From contig CM120640.1 in the NCBI GenBank assembly GCA_051362555.1, forward strand, positions 34,739,967-34,803,966: a stretch of DNA of 64,000 nt, written 5' to 3'. Shown one piece after another: positions 13,695-28,871 of the stretch. Made by a program: the position numbers and the translations under genes. The notes beneath the pieces were generated by a model that worked only from the letters and a program-made list of their open reading frames with translations, had not been told where the DNA came from and ran no database searches. Numbering within the stretch: position 1 is the stretch's first letter; every line of letters starts with the position of its first letter. The DNA comes from Lingula anatina. Taxonomy: Eukaryota > Animalia > Brachiopoda.

Positions 13695-16131
13695 CTGCAA
13701 GAGTGCCATTAAATAACTTATGCAGGATATCTTTAATGACTTGTCAAACAGTCAGATTAACAAAAAATCTTGTGCGATTTTTCTGTACTGCTGTGGAGAT
13801 ATACGTATAATTTAACCCTTATTTGAATTGTATATTTATTGTAAATAATGTAAAGTTTTTTGATGGTTTTGATACCTTAAGAATCCTCTATACGCAGCAT
13901 TTATTGGCAGCGTGTGAATGCTAATTGTGTTACATAGGCCAGACCCGATAGTAAACACATCATGCTTTCTGTTATTATATATATAATCGTTGCTAAACGA
14001 GACTGAGAGATGACTATATTTATGTGTTTTTACCTAGACACGTTCAACCGCCAGTGGTTCGTAGTGTTTTACTGTCATATTTTAAAGGTCCCTGAAAAGC
14101 GAGGTACATGTACATGTACAACTTTAATTAAGATTATGACAGTTATTATCTCAGCATTCACTTTAAAATTTAAACTTTAGAAAGGCCCACAAAATTACTC
14201 AACAATGGCCCGTCCTATTGTAACCTTTAAATATAGAATTTAAAAACCACGAAACGCAAATGGTTACCTGTTCCGATATTAGATGATGTCCAACGATTTC
14301 CATTGGGCGGCATCATGCTATATTTATTGATTTTGCATCTTGAGAAATACAACAAAGCAAAATGAAACGTGTCGTTTTAATTGAGAATAATGCATGTGGT
14401 TACAGAGAATTAACGTTTATCCGAGGAAGCTCTTTATCTTTATCAATTTAGAGATGGCGATATTCTACCTTGAAAAGAGATCTATTTGTTAGTTGACACC
14501 ATGAAACAAACGTGTAAAAGGTGAATCTACGCCTTTTCTCGGCTCCAAGAAATTATTACAAAGTTGCCTTCTTACAACTAAATGTTGAATTTAATGCCAA
14601 AAAATTTAAAATAAAACTAGAGAGAGGTCCTACATGTATGTATAAGCCAACCGCTAAAGCTTCCCATATTAAATACAATTGTAAGTACGTGCCCTCTTGA
14701 AGTGAAATTACGAACTCTCAAAACGTAAACAGGTCTTGGTACAGTAAGGATATTAATAGTCAGGCATATTAATCAATCAATAAGAAAAGAAATGATAAGT
14801 GGAAAACAAAAAGGCAATATTTTTACGATTAAACTCATGTCCAACGTCTATGTATTACTCGAGTGTAAGCCTTAGTCATTTTTTATTGCAGATAAGAAAC
14901 CTTGTGCATACAATATCGTTTTTTTCTACCCGTATATCATTTAAAAGAACAGAATAACGGGCAGTTATTGTTAGTGATATATGATACATCCTTCATCCCA
15001 AGGTGGCCATCGACTATTACCTCAATTATCGTGTCAGGGTAACGCTCAAGACTGCTTTTTAAAGACTTCTGAGCGCCCAAACAGGAAGTGTTCATGGCAT
15101 AATAAACTAGAATGGACATTACAGAGTGCGTTAAATGGATAAAAGTGTTCCAATAATGATATATACCAGCCCAATGGAATTGGAAGGAAGCAAATTTACA
15201 CGCTTCTCCCCCGGGAGAAGAAATACATTAATTCGTCTGGTACGGTAACATTTGGAGGCGTAAAATAAGAAAAACCGTCTCGATAAATTCTCGACACGCA
15301 CTGAATATAATGTATTAGAGTAAGTACTAAGGCGGCTTAAGGGTTCCCTGTGGAACATTATCGGATATGGAATGCATCGTTGGTGAAAATGTAGTCTAAT
15401 TTTGGCAAATTGGCAATATTTTGTCTGCACCTCTTTCATTAATTAATATGTAATTACTATGCTACATGCTTAGCGGAAGGTCGCGCCAATACGGCTGCCT
15501 TTCCACGACCATTCATTACTCATTCAATTTCTCACACAATGAAGTAAGGACTCTAATGTGTGCAACCTGATGAATTTGTCGTGTTTTTGCCGTGTTTTTA
15601 CGAGGCATTGGTTTCATTGCTAGACATGTATCTTAGGGCAATAGGCATTGTGCCTCTAACAATCAAGACAAATGTGTTGGCACCATTTGACCGATAATTG
15701 GTTATTGAGTATTTCGGATGTAATTTCTAAATGAACCTTTGTGGGTGTCCATAAACTTCCAAACCATCCATTTAGAATGTAACAGAACAATTGTGACAAA
15801 TTAGTAGCATTTTTATTTATTCTAAAATGATGTATAAAATGCATAACTACCGGTAGGCAGCCCTAATGATGATTACTTTATCGACTCTGGTAGTCTTATC
15901 ATTTTTTATATAATGTGTGCTTTTCTACGTACCAATAATTCAAAACGATGTACATTTGAAAACCGCTAACCGAAGTGAGAGAACTATCATTATGTAATGC
16001 AATATCCTAATGGACAAGAAACTGATGTGCAGTTAGTGGTGGACAAGTAAAAAGATAGCCGTCTTAAAATATTAACGTGTCTGTGCTCTGTTGTAAGTTG
16101 ATAAAATGGTCATATTATCCCTCTTAAAGCA

Positions 16132-16171
<40 letters not shown>

Positions 16172-16478
16172 GTGACCCACAGCTTTGTGACGCTGACGAA
16201 ACTGAAAACACCTCATTGGTATGACTTTTTTGCTCCGAAAAGAATCATACAATCGTTTATTAATTAACATCTTGTTCGCTCTTTATTATTTTTTGTTTGT
16301 TTGTTTTTCGTTAATGGCAAATACCAGCAGTGATTACTGCAAGATATTATGAATAAGCAAAGGTTATGAAATACTGGCACCTTCGCTGCTAAATCTGTCA
16401 CTGCACTGTATATAAACCAGACCGTTCACTAGACTGGAGTTCTAAGGAATGTGTTCGTGTGTGGATTTGTACATGTAG

Positions 16479-16645
16479 CAGGCCCGTAGCCAGAAATTTC
16501 AAAAGGGGGGTTCTTTTTCTGAAAAAGTGGACCTTTTCCCATAAAAACTTCATGTACATAAATCAAATTTTACCCAGAGCGGACCTTTTCCCAGCAAAAG
16601 GGGCGGTTCTTTCGAACCCCCCGAACCCCCCTGGCTACGGGCCTG
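16479..16645. mobile_element. MITE-like element family 2, intact copy
   Basis: Perfect 15-bp terminal inverted repeats CAGGCCCGTAGCCAG / CTGGCTACGGGCCTG around a non-coding core. Confidence 0.8.
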
Positions 16646-19600
16646 TGTATGTACGTCTCCCGGGTGTGTGTGACAGAGAGAGAGTGTATAGTGAGCAAGT
16701 GAGTATGTGTAAGTGCCAAACATGCTTGCTTGATTGCTCACTCGTACGTGGCATGTGAGCTCTGTTCGCTTCGAGACTAGAAAAATAGTTATCATATAAC
16801 CCCAAAGCTACATAGTTATAGTACCTTCTCTTATAAAAAGGGGTTCAAGTTCATGGACACAAGCCAAGGAGGACGTTGTTGGATTTTCAGGCCATACTCC
16901 AGTTAAGTATCCAAAGCATCAGAATCTTTGTTCGACATCATTTCATATTAAGATGCATATTACACGCTCATCAGCACACTGACATTCACACTCCATTCAT
17001 TCATTCATTCATGCTTGTCTCGCTTAACATGGCCAAGCAAGTTTATCTGATGGCCGGCCCGTCAATATAAGGTTAGACGTTGTAAATGGGCCAGTAGAAA
17101 GAGTTTTAAGAGTTCGGAGTTCATTGTTTAGTTGAATAATTCATGTACCAGTAATGTTCTTGTAAATATCACCATAATAACGGAAAATCCTCTTGATTTC
17201 CACTTGATGTCAGCACCTAGTCGCCCGCAGCAGAAATTTTCATGGCATGTCTTTCATGTTGAAAGTGCTATTTCGAAAGACTTTCTACCTCGGGAAATGG
17301 ACGTCCATTCCTTCGCTTGCGATCATTGTTAATAAACCATATGGTTGCACGGAATTCGCTCCTGTCTATTATATTATTGTCTGAAAAAAAAATCAAGAAA
17401 TACACTTTTTATCGACATCCCAATACATACAAGCACACAAAATTACAGTACAGTTTACATAACGGACATTTACAAACATCAATACAACTATTAGTACACA
17501 GCGACTACATGCAGTACATTACAAATCAATAAATTTTTACACTTTAAGACAAACAAAGGAAAATAAAGTTTCGCTAAGTATGCAGAAGCAACGGACTAGA
17601 CTCATCGAAACAATGCACATAGCATAGCATTTCACATTACAATAAGATACAGCGTACAATTTAAGCAACTAAGACATCCAAAAACATATGACGCATATAA
17701 AACAAATTCAAAATTTGAATTTATCAGTAGCCAAATTTCCCTTCAAACACTTTATTCTTTAGATGTAAAAATTCAATTCCATAATATCAAAATTCGCCCA
17801 GGGCTCTATTTTTATAATTTCGGAACATAATACACGCTTTAATGATTAATACTCTAAAGTGATAAGAAAAACTCGATACATAGTGAACAACTTGTATATA
17901 CTTGTAAAGACTTTTGAAAAATTAACCATACTGTCTATTTTTTATTTAATCAAATACCATTACATTTTACGAGGTTTTACGAATACAAATTACCAAAGAA
18001 AATAAAATATGCCTACTATCTAAGTCGAAAAAGTCGAACATGCTGTCAGCAATACTTTCCCTTTCGCTTTCGGAGGGATGCCTTTGATTGCCATGGAAAA
18101 ATCGATTAATTATCACAATTAAATTGTCCAACGTGGTCCTTCTATTTGGTTCCGCTAATTCAGGATCTAAAACAATAAAAAGGAACACCGGTAAAACACT
18201 TGTCTCGTTGTCTTTGTAAGATGCACATGGCAGTGGGTCCAACATTTCTTCAACATTTACAAAAATTCTTTGAAAAAATAAAGAAATAGATAAATTTGAC
18301 CCCCCCCCCCAGAGAATATAACTGTGTGGCACTCAGCTATTCCGCCTAGCAATTATAATTACAGCAGTTGGTCGATATAAAAGTCTGCGTGTGAACGATT
18401 ACCAAACGTTTATGAATTTTACATTTTTGCTCCGTTGTCTATACATGTATACTTATAAACTATTTATCATTGGTAGTCATCAAAAAGTGGCATAAAAATG
18501 CACAATCAGGTATGAGGCACAATATGTATTATCGGTTGTCCTTATCATCTGATAGCCGGGTGTGTACATTTATGTCCCTTCAGGGACATGTTAAGCGTGT
18601 TTCTAGTTCTAGGTTTCTTCGCTCGAAATAGACGCAATGTACGTAAGATTTTGTTAAAGACAAGAACCTGCTCAATGATGTCAATAATATGAGAAAAGAA
18701 AAAGCATATTGTTTTTTTTTTTTATTATAAAGTAATTTGCCCTAACAATTATCAAAACAGCAAGGTTGTACCATCAAGCAATTACTGTGAAAGGTAAAAT
18801 ATTAGAAGACAAGATTAAATGCTATTTCACATTCGTAATTGCTTCATAGACCCAGTTTTCAAGACGAAACATTGCACTTGGTGACATAATACGGCTCCTG
18901 ATGTCCAAAAATGTAGGTATGAAGCTTATTCATATTTAATATAAGTGTCCATGTAATTGTTAATAGATTGTGACACTGATAATGGTCTTGCATTGACTAA
19001 ATAACCCTATTAATTTAGCGCTAAGATGATTGAGGGCTGAAAATACGATATTAGTCTGGATTGTTTTCCAGTAGTCGGTTTTCCGAGTTTTATCTGACAA
19101 CCATGGGTTGATTCAGGATCTTGAACTTCACAAAAATTTCACGGAGGCGATCTTCCAGAGCATTCCACTCCATTTTTTTATTATTTGAATTACAGCACCA
19201 ACATATATAAGCACATTTTTGTCGCAGTCCCATTCAAATTATGGTTATACTATATCGATCAATGGGTGTGTGATAAAAATGAATGCAATACATGCAGGAC
19301 ATGTACCACGTACGGATCCAGAAAGCGCGCGCGCGCGTATGTGTGTGCCCTTAATAGTGCAATTTACAGCATTTGAACATGGGATATGTTAATGGAGGGC
19401 AAAGCTGGATCGACAATTATGCTTGCCTTCCCTCCTTCCCGAATCTGCCATTGAGTGTTTACAAAGTTAGTTATCCTTCATCTTTTAGATAAAGCTAAAT
19501 TGGCATCCATTTATAGAGGTCGTATTGGGATCAATTCATTTAAGTGTTTGCCAGTTGCCGTAGATCAAACGAAAAAGCTTTGATATGGGTTTCAGAGCTG

Positions 19601-19850
19601 CTTTATTCCTCACTATTACTCTTGAACAATGGGTTAGTTTTTCCCCGAGATGTCTTTTTATTAGACAAATGTCATCAAGGGAAGTATCCAACAGAGGTTT
19701 GTATTTTTTTTATTTGTTATTGAATGTTAGGTTTGACTCACAGTTTAGGTGCATTGTCAAAACATTGGAATACGGCATGCTTTAGGACTTACCATTCAAT
19801 GTTATATCAGCTAACTCAACTGAGAGGCCAACCTGGCAACGTGCACTTAG

Positions 19851-20024
19851 GCAGGGAGGGGGGGGGGTAAGGGGGGATCGAACAAACCACTCTTTCGGCT
19901 GGGATAAAGTCCGCTCTGATATAAATTTTGATCTAGTTTCTATGGGGATTCATGGGTTTTGCGGTAAGACGGTCCATTTTTTGCCAAAAAAGTACCCTCT
20001 TTGAACTTGCTGGCTACACGCCTG
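19851..20024. mobile_element. MITE-like element family 2, degenerate copy in opposite orientation
   Basis: Aligns by eye to the reverse complement of 16479-16645 (GCTGGGA..AGTCCGCTCTG..TAAA.TTTGAT, GGTCCA.TTTTT, CTGGCTAC..GCCTG); left TIR decayed. Confidence 0.65.
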
Positions 20025-21268
20025 GGTACCTAAATTTGACGTTTTTTCATTATCCATCTGGTAATCGTACGAGTTATGCAAAATGTTAGCTTTAAAAACC
20101 TTCACGTAATTTGGTTAATACAGAAAAACGGAAAATTACACTCACAAAACAAACATGGAACCGATGCGTGTACATGGCGTTTAAACTTGCATGTCGAGTG
20201 CCCTTGTTCATTCAACGGATTTACTGATACTTACTGATACACAAAAACGTATATTTACACCCGTGGAAAGAAGGGCAGCGTCGTGAACGTTTGTAGTAGA
20301 CTCAAATTTAGACTAAATTCTTATTTAGATTAAATAAGAAACATAATAGATATGTGATTGGTTGCATCTTTTTAAAATAAGTCCCCATATTCAAATTTCA
20401 GGTCGGTTTCTTGACCAGTTATAAAAAAAACGTCATAAGTTCAAACTTAATATAAAAGTATTTATTCACTGCTGTTAGGAGCCAAATCAGAAGTACATGT
20501 ACATTATATAGTCCGTACTTTTAGAATTGTGATGGCAAAGCATCATCTGAAGAAAAATTAAGTTACACGGAAGATTTCCTCGCTCATTTGATTTACATAA
20601 TCGTCTTCATGTCACTGATGAAGTACAGGCTACAGACAACCTACGGCGAATACAAGGAACAAATCCATTCCATTGACATAAAGGAAACCACTTTATTAAG
20701 CTACAGCAAATGCGTATGCAGTTGACTGACTGGAGTATTAGGACTAATAGCGTTTGCCATAATGGTTGTACCCTAAGGAAGTTCAAACGTTACTGAGCAG
20801 ATCATATTATTATAAGCCGGGTCACCCAGCTATTCCTAAAGTACGTGTATCTGTAACCACACGGGAATTGAGGCAGGAAAGGTTACACGGGTAAGCGCAT
20901 CTTTGCAACCCCACAAATGAATTTGGTGCAAAATTGTTTGTAAATGATAACTTTTGCTGACTCACAACATCATAATATTTAGGATGATGAGTCGTATCGA
21001 TTATTTGAGATATATATACTTTTAACACTGAAGTCAGGCACAAATTTGTTAAACTATTCAAATAATTAGGACAATTAATTAGTAGGATCACAGTGTATGC
21101 AATGAAAGCAGCCCTGTTTGGTCAAATCTCGAACAACCAATATTCTGCGTTGCCTCTTTTCTTGATATGAACGGGACTCTATGAAGGTTTGTGTGGTAAT
21201 CTGGGATGTAGGAGCCCTAAAGTATGACTACACCTAGTTCGGTGGTAGGGTAGGTTACTTTCCCAATA

Positions 21269-21532
21269 CAGGGGCGGATCCAGGATTATTTGATGGGGGG
21301 GTGTGCTGACGTGAAACCGATCCCCCCCTCCCTTGGCGTGGGGTTCAAAGGGCCCCGAAAATTTTTGGTATTTAAGAGGGTGAACAGTGCCATTTGGTAC
21401 GGTTTAGAACTATGATTCAGCTAGTCAAAATTCTAATTTCAAGAGGGGACCATTGGTGTGATTTTTTCAGAAATCGAAAGGGGGTTCAGGCCCCCCCTGA
21501 CCCCCCCCCCCCCCCCCCCAAATCCGCCACTG
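21269..21532. mobile_element. MITE-like element family 1, copy 2
   Basis: CAGGGGCGGATCCAGGATTATTTGA...AAATCCGCCACTG; shares GGGCCCCGAAA, CAGCTAGTCAAAA and AGAGGGGACCATTGGTGTGATTTTTTCAGA with 3790-4010. Confidence 0.78.
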
Positions 21533-24500
21533 TCACATTTCAACTGTACAGATTCGCTGTGATTTGCATTTGAGTGTACCCCGCAATACAACTAACATAT
21601 ATACATGCAGTATGCAATCGATTATTTACCATTTTAATCACCATCGTAATTACAGTATATCAAAATAAATTGACTGCATAATTATGTAAAAAGAGAACTG
21701 ATAGGTCCTACAGGTATAGAATTATAAATTCTGATTTAACCTACCAGATGGTTGTTTGATATCACATTCGGCTGTTTTACAATTTCGACGTCAAAAATAC
21801 TGACATCTGACGTCTTAATGTACAATCAACCAGAAACTTTGCAGATCAGTTGACGTAAGACAACGATCGATTGTTTACAAGAAAAATGAACTGCGTTCAG
21901 ATAACTATCAGATAATCTCAGCGGTCTGTTTTATCTCAGTTGAATACTGATCCGATTTCCAATTCACAAAGATTATTCATTAGATGGACACTAATTCATT
22001 TTGGCTCCCCTGCGCCTTACGCGTAACAATATGAAGCAAGTATAACCACAAAAATGGAAAGGATATATTTTAAACCATCGCGCGTATACATATTCAATTT
22101 GGTCATGTGGAATATGGTCGTTCCGGAATTTCTGATCCCCGGCAGTGGGAATCAACCGGGATCGCTCAATATGTTGAGACGAAGGGAAAATTAAGCAAAA
22201 TTCCCCGGATTTAGACTGGGTTCCCTTTCCTAGATGGATCTAACAGGATCGATCCATCTCCAAGAGGTTTCTCGCTTAATTGCTTTCAGCTTAAACGGCT
22301 TAGATGTCTGGCACGCCTACTGAAGCTGCTAAACGATAATTTATTACCCTCTAGCATTCCTGGTCTCTTACGATTCATCCTTATCGCTGAAGAAGATTTT
22401 AAAAGATTTTAAAACTCGTATGACGTCACGGATGATTACTGTGAATACAGTTCTGTGTCTTACTAAGAATATATTTCTATGTCTTGGTTTTTCTTGTGTC
22501 TTGGAAGGAGAAGTTGTTAAATTCACCATTTTTGTGGTTGAAAACGAGATGGAACCGCATTTGTTCAAACTACGCATTTGCTATTTAAAATATCCCTTTT
22601 TAACCAATTAAACAAAGACCTTATCATACCACAAAAATACCCGTATATGTAAAGAATTACGGCTGTGAATCGATAAATAGGGACAGATTCAATGATTTTT
22701 TTTTACTTAAACCTTAACAGAATGTTATTTGTTTGTATTAACATGCCTGGTTGCCTCATTTACCTATTGGTCTGGCTGTCATATTTAAATGTATGGAAAG
22801 TGGAAGTATTTTTCTTTGTAAACACTTCAAATTACATGAAAGCTGTCTGATGTGTTGCTCATACAGAAGTGACCAGACACTTGTATGTTATCCTATGGCA
22901 TAATCTAGATTGTTTGCATGTAAAGTGAACGATGATGTCTTGTATCTGGGACTCAGTTGTTTACTGTGTCCTATCTTGTATTCAAACCTTATAAATGTTG
23001 TAACCAAGGTCCTTCTGTAACTGTTTTATCCAAAGCGTACCATATCTTAACACACCACTTAGTAACGATTTTTAACCATAGGAAGCCAACCCAATTCTTC
23101 TGTTGTCCCATTCGCCGTCATCGTGACTCAGGCGAGCCGTTTACTGTTAAATTGGCTTACTTTACTAAGACATCATACATAAGTAATGCGACCTGTTGAT
23201 ATGGCACACACCAAATTAAACAGTCACAACTGAGAATGCAACTTGACGCCCAGGAAGGATTCTGTATTTTTGTTTTGTCAACTCCGTCATGTCACCATGC
23301 GAAAAATGTATTTGCGCATGGACAAGACCACTCGGAAAGTGACCGTGGATACAGGGCGAGCGAAGTAAATTAGTGAAAGTTTTGTGAAAAAAAAACATTA
23401 ATGGGCAATCGGTTTACGAAACTGGTCCCAGCACCCACCATTTGATCAGAAATGCAAATACAATGATTTGATGAACTCTTCCGCGCTGCTCGTGGCTGTT
23501 AATTTTACATTCGTACTATGAAATCGTGGCTTGAGTCGTTAATTTGGGCATTTGTGCTCGCAAATCTAAGGCTCGTGTTAGCAAAACGGCTAATCTGTTT
23601 ATTAGGCCACGATTAATTTTAAATGAATCAACTGCTTTTTAATATTTCTCAAAAAAGGAAAACACTTTAACTGAAATGTTGTTACTCAACTACTGGCATA
23701 ACTATGCTATCTGCAGGCAGCGCTCGCCATGAGATCAAAAACGTGAAGTTTTTAGCAGTGTTCGGCATACTCCAGAAATTATGGATTACGATAAATCCAA
23801 ATTAAATAAGAATTTAATGCATGTTGGGTATACTATTAATACTTTCACAAATCAAATTTGAATGGTTTCAATCTACTAGTACCAGCACCGTTCAGAGATC
23901 GTTTCACACGCAACTTCTGTGGGTTGTTCGTTCTAACAGTTTATTGCCCTTTGCCCATTGTGTTGACAAGGTATGAAGACATGTACGTAACTAAAATGGC
24001 AACATGCAATCTTTAAATGATATGTATTTTGTGAGTTTGGTATTCTTTGATAAACAACCTAAAAGAGTAATTTGATTTTTACATGTAAGTAATAGAACGC
24101 CATGTTTAATTCGACACTCACCTTTTTTCTCTATCCTTTGTTTGAGTATATACGTTGAGGGCCGTGCTATCGTTGTGGAAATAAGGCTACAGCACATTAT
24201 GCACGCAGCGATTTGCACTGACATACGGCAGCTTTTCACCATATCTGAAACCAGTAACAGTCAGTCAGTTATGTTTTTCTGGTGTAGTAGTTTTTGAAGC
24301 ACGGTGTCACTTTTCAAATCTAAGTGTCCATCTGCCTCGTCTCATTCACTTTTTTAAAACTCCAAGTCCGTGCGAAAATGATGAACTTGTGCAACTTTCA
24401 TGTCATTGGGTACAATGTTTGACCACGTGCGCACCTTTTGTTATGTAACTTAAGCAAAATAAGTTCATCTAATCTCGACCAAAGACCATTTCACCGCCAC

Positions 24501-27500
24501 GTAATGCAGCTGGAAATCTTGTCGCCTCTGAGTGTTTCCCATTCCATAAAATTCTTAGCTGATAGCGACATAGACTAAAGAATCCGTTTTTGTTCCTCGA
24601 AGCCTTCAGGGAGAGACTCCTCCCCTTTTTGGTGAAAGCTCCAACGATCTACGATCAGTCGTACTCATTGAACCTGTTCTCTTTTCTGATCTATCACAGA
24701 GCTTCCTGATCGTTCAGGAAACAGTGTCAAGCGCTCTTCTGTATGATAGCCAGTCTAATTGTCTTCCATACATATTTATATAAGCCTCCCACAATTCTCA
24801 GGAGAAATTGGCGGCTCTAAGCAATTAAGTGAACCTGTGATAGACTTACACTAGATAACAAGACTCTGACTTCATTTGCGAATGGGCTCAAAGCTCTAAA
24901 ACACGGGAGGGAAAGAATATCGCAAATTAATTTCTATTAAGACGCTTCTGTGTTCAAACCTTTACTTTCGATAATTTGCGCATACCGATTCTCAAGGACC
25001 CATGCGAACGCATCGATCTTAGATGATTAAGAACTAGAACATGTAATTATAGTAAGTTTTATAGGTCTTTGCTCAGTAAAAATGCCTATTGAATGTTATC
25101 CGCCCACCACTTTTTGGAGCATTACTTTTCTTCTGAACATGCATTAAAACATCCATGTCTCCTCTTTCACTTTTACATAATTGAGAAGTCTCAACGAGCA
25201 TCCATAGTTAAGGGCCTATATCTACGCTAAATAAAGCACTAAGTACAACCCACCCACCATGCCTCTAAGTTCTACTAATTTTAACAAACATGAGGAAATG
25301 CGCCCACAAGCAAACAAAATATTCAAACGCGCTTTCAGTGCTTTACCTGTACACAATATATCTTTACTACACTTGTCCCGTTGTGGCCAATGATGTGTCT
25401 TTACAGGGTCCTCTCTTGTTTTCTAAAATTGCAGCCCCATCTTGCCCACTTTCCTTATGTTTTACCTTTATATACGTGAACCGAGTTTGCACAACCATCC
25501 GTTTGACAACTCAATGTAAAATCGTGGGGGCTCCCCATCGTCAGAGAGATGATCACAATGACGAGTTTCCTTGCGGTAACTCCAGGAAAACGGACCTTAA
25601 TCACCCTGCCTTGTGTACTGTTAGTTGACAGAAATATCCGTTTTACTCAAGATTTTGTCGTTCCTTTAAATAAGAGGCTGATATTAATTACTGGCTACAA
25701 CAAGCATCCTCTAAAGAAAACACAAGGGAAAAGTACAAGGTAATAAAAGTAGATCACATATACAAAAATACAACTCGCACTGCTAATAATAAGTGTATGT
25801 TGCCTTGACAATAAAATCTGTGTAGTGTTTGAAGTACGAAAGGACAAATAGAGATATTTGTTGACTACAAAAAGGCGTGTTTTAGTGAACATCTACACAG
25901 CACAGTATATTGTGTGCTGTCGATTTTTACACCCACGACTAATTGTTTTGCATTAACCCATTTATAAATATTTATACAAGCTACATTTGTATCCTAAGCT
26001 CCGTTATATGCATAATGCACCTCTGCCCCAATACTTAAAACTCTTTTTGCCAATTCCAGAGGGTGTAGGTAAGGGCGTGAGGCAATAATCAATTTCCCTT
26101 CCAAAAAAACTGGTTATAATTAATTCATTTGGTCATCTGATTTTTCATTTGACGGCCTCTTTTAGTCGGTTTTAAAGTTCCTCATGCTCCTCTGTCGAGT
26201 TTCTCGAACTCTCCTCTGCGCCCAGACAAACCAATGTGTGGGAGGAATCAATAATACTTAAATCAGTAAAAAATCAAATTATCTAAACCAGCATCGGGAG
26301 ATTTGTATCAATGATGCTATATTGGGGCAATTACAAACCATTCAATTATGCCAAAAAACGAATAAAAATTACAAGCTGCCAGAAACGAAATACCCAATAG
26401 CACGGTGATATTTTTATTTGGCTTTTGTAAGGACAATCAATGCAGTTGTGGCACGCATCTGGCAGACGATTTCTCCTTTATTGAACTATTCGTACGGAAC
26501 TGATTCAAGCGGGCAAAACCTGGCGAGCGACATTGCTATTAGTTAGGTCTACATAAAGAGAAAAAAAAAGAAAATATCATTTTTGTTATGCTTAGACAGA
26601 TAAAATTCCATTACTATGTTTGGACTTTGGGTTTGGTACACTGCTACTTCAATACTTAAGCTCATGTTACGATCCCAATATAATCCCTAAATGATAACAA
26701 AACTCTTTATTTTGACGGTAAAAGTGCCATAAAACGGATTTTCCTGGTGAACGACGATTTTTACCAATGGCTAATGGATCTTTTCCGACCTTTAATAAGT
26801 GAATTGTTATTGTTTTTTAAAGTGCTTTTTTGTAATAATCTCTGAAATATTAGTACAGGGGGTATGGAATTTATTATATTTTTTGTGTTGCTACAGTGTT
26901 TTTATTGTTGACTTGAATCTGATACGAAGATTTGTTATCCCGTAAAGTTTGTGCTATGACAAACACGAGTTTTGAATGGACGGAAAATATGAAGTTGTGA
27001 TAAAGTATTGAAAGTGGGATCAAAATCCATTTTAAAATGATGTATTTCTCCCCAATAAAAAAACCCGTTGTACTTTTAAAAAAAGTAAAGAGTCAGTTTG
27101 CCATAAATCACATATTATCAAATTCTCATTTGCTTGATACGGCTGCATAGCTTTCTGATGTATAGACGCTAGAATTTAGCGTAGAAGAGACTATCAATGG
27201 AATCTTCGTCACCTTAAACGTCACCGTGTCGCAACAATTTGTCTTAAATAAAACTGTTTACACAGATTCAGGGAGTCAAAGGTCAATTGCAGGTGGAACC
27301 CATCGGAAAACATCTGACGCATTACTTTACGTTATACAGCTACCAATTTCAACATATCTTGTTCTTGTTAAAGGACCAACGTCCTTTTAAATCGGTGTCG
27401 TAAAACCTTATACCATTTATTGAAATTCCTTTTGAAAGTGCGGAGCGAAATGGCGATTTCTTAAATCTTTCATGAAATACCCCGGGAATCTCCAAACAGT

Positions 27501-27577
27501 TACAGAGTCGATTCAATATGCAATGAAAGCTTAGTATATAACCGATAATTTTAAACTCATGCACACAAACACGCACG

Positions 27578-27579
<2 letters not shown>

Positions 27580-27669
<90 letters not shown>
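27580..27669. repeat. (CA)n microsatellite abutting a long poly(A) tract
   Basis: CA run to ~27633 followed by an uninterrupted A run to 27669. Confidence 0.92.
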
Positions 27670-27670
<1 letters not shown>

Positions 27671-28871
27671 GTGAGACGTGGGAAGAGTCATCAATTGACA
27701 AAGATCCGAGTTCTTGTGACCAGTGCGACAGTACAACTGAGGAGCAGGGTCTCAGTGAGGGAAGTAGGAAGGAGGGACATGTTCTTGTATTATCTATTAA
27801 CAGTGTCTTGTCATTTTTATAGTATAAAACCTACGACTGGAAAACATGTGCAAATTATTTTTGTATTGTAAAATGCTTTAGATCTAGTGTTTGAACTGGG
27901 CACCACTTTGTATCTGATATTGCACCTTTAATGGTTACTATAGTCCGGCTGCTCTGTCTGTCTGTCTGTCTCTCAGGCTGGCTGTCTGGATGGATGGTTT
28001 GGCTCTATGTCCGTCTGCCTGTTTAGCTATCTGTTATGCAAACCTGACATCAAGAATTGCTTTCATAGTGGCTGGTCATTTTGCCCTTACCTTTTCCCAA
28101 ACGTTTTTCGTTTTCCTCACGCGTAGTATTTCTCAATGCTTGAAGGATGCTGCTACTGACAAAGTTTTTTTTTTTTTTTTTTTTTGGGGGGGGGGGGGTG
28201 TACACAGCTTAAATTTGGGTTGTCGGAAGTTAGATAGGCCTATCGTTTAAAGAAGGACAGTACCCTTCTGATTTTTCGAAAAAAGGAAAGATTTGCCTGA
28301 GAAGCAAGGAAAACACTTTTCAATTTGTTTCTGTTAAACTTATTGTTTATTAGATGAAGGACACAGGTAAACATTCCTTTGGATGTCCAGCTTATTGAAA
28401 TAAAGATCAATATCTTTGTCACGCTCGCTGATGAGAAGAATGGGTCTATACGATCATGTGGCTAACCCCAAAAACGCATTGCAATAACCGTTGCGATCTC
28501 TTTGTGCATTCTTTTCACTTAATACAGAACTGCACGTTCCCAAATGACACAAGTGGGATGTATATAAAGTTTGACATTTAGCAAAATGGTTAACCGAGGC
28601 TATAGGAAAGACGGATCAGAAAACAAGTGAATAAATTGAACATTTCCTTGCACCTACGGATCCCATGTTTTCAAAATCCTGATGTACATTTCCAACAATT
28701 TCTCTTGTTCAAAGGGCGTGATAATGTTTTGAAATAGACTCTTAGGATAACGGTCGGATGAGGGCGTTAGGGAGAGAAGCAGCAATGTTAAAACGCACTG
28801 TATCCAACACCTATGCAACTGACCAGCATGACATCGACAAACACGAAATAATATATAGTAATAGGTTCTCT

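Noticed and set aside
27349-27871. ORFs with CV/HT/poly-Lys repeats
   Set aside because: Translations of the (CA)n and poly(A) tracts.
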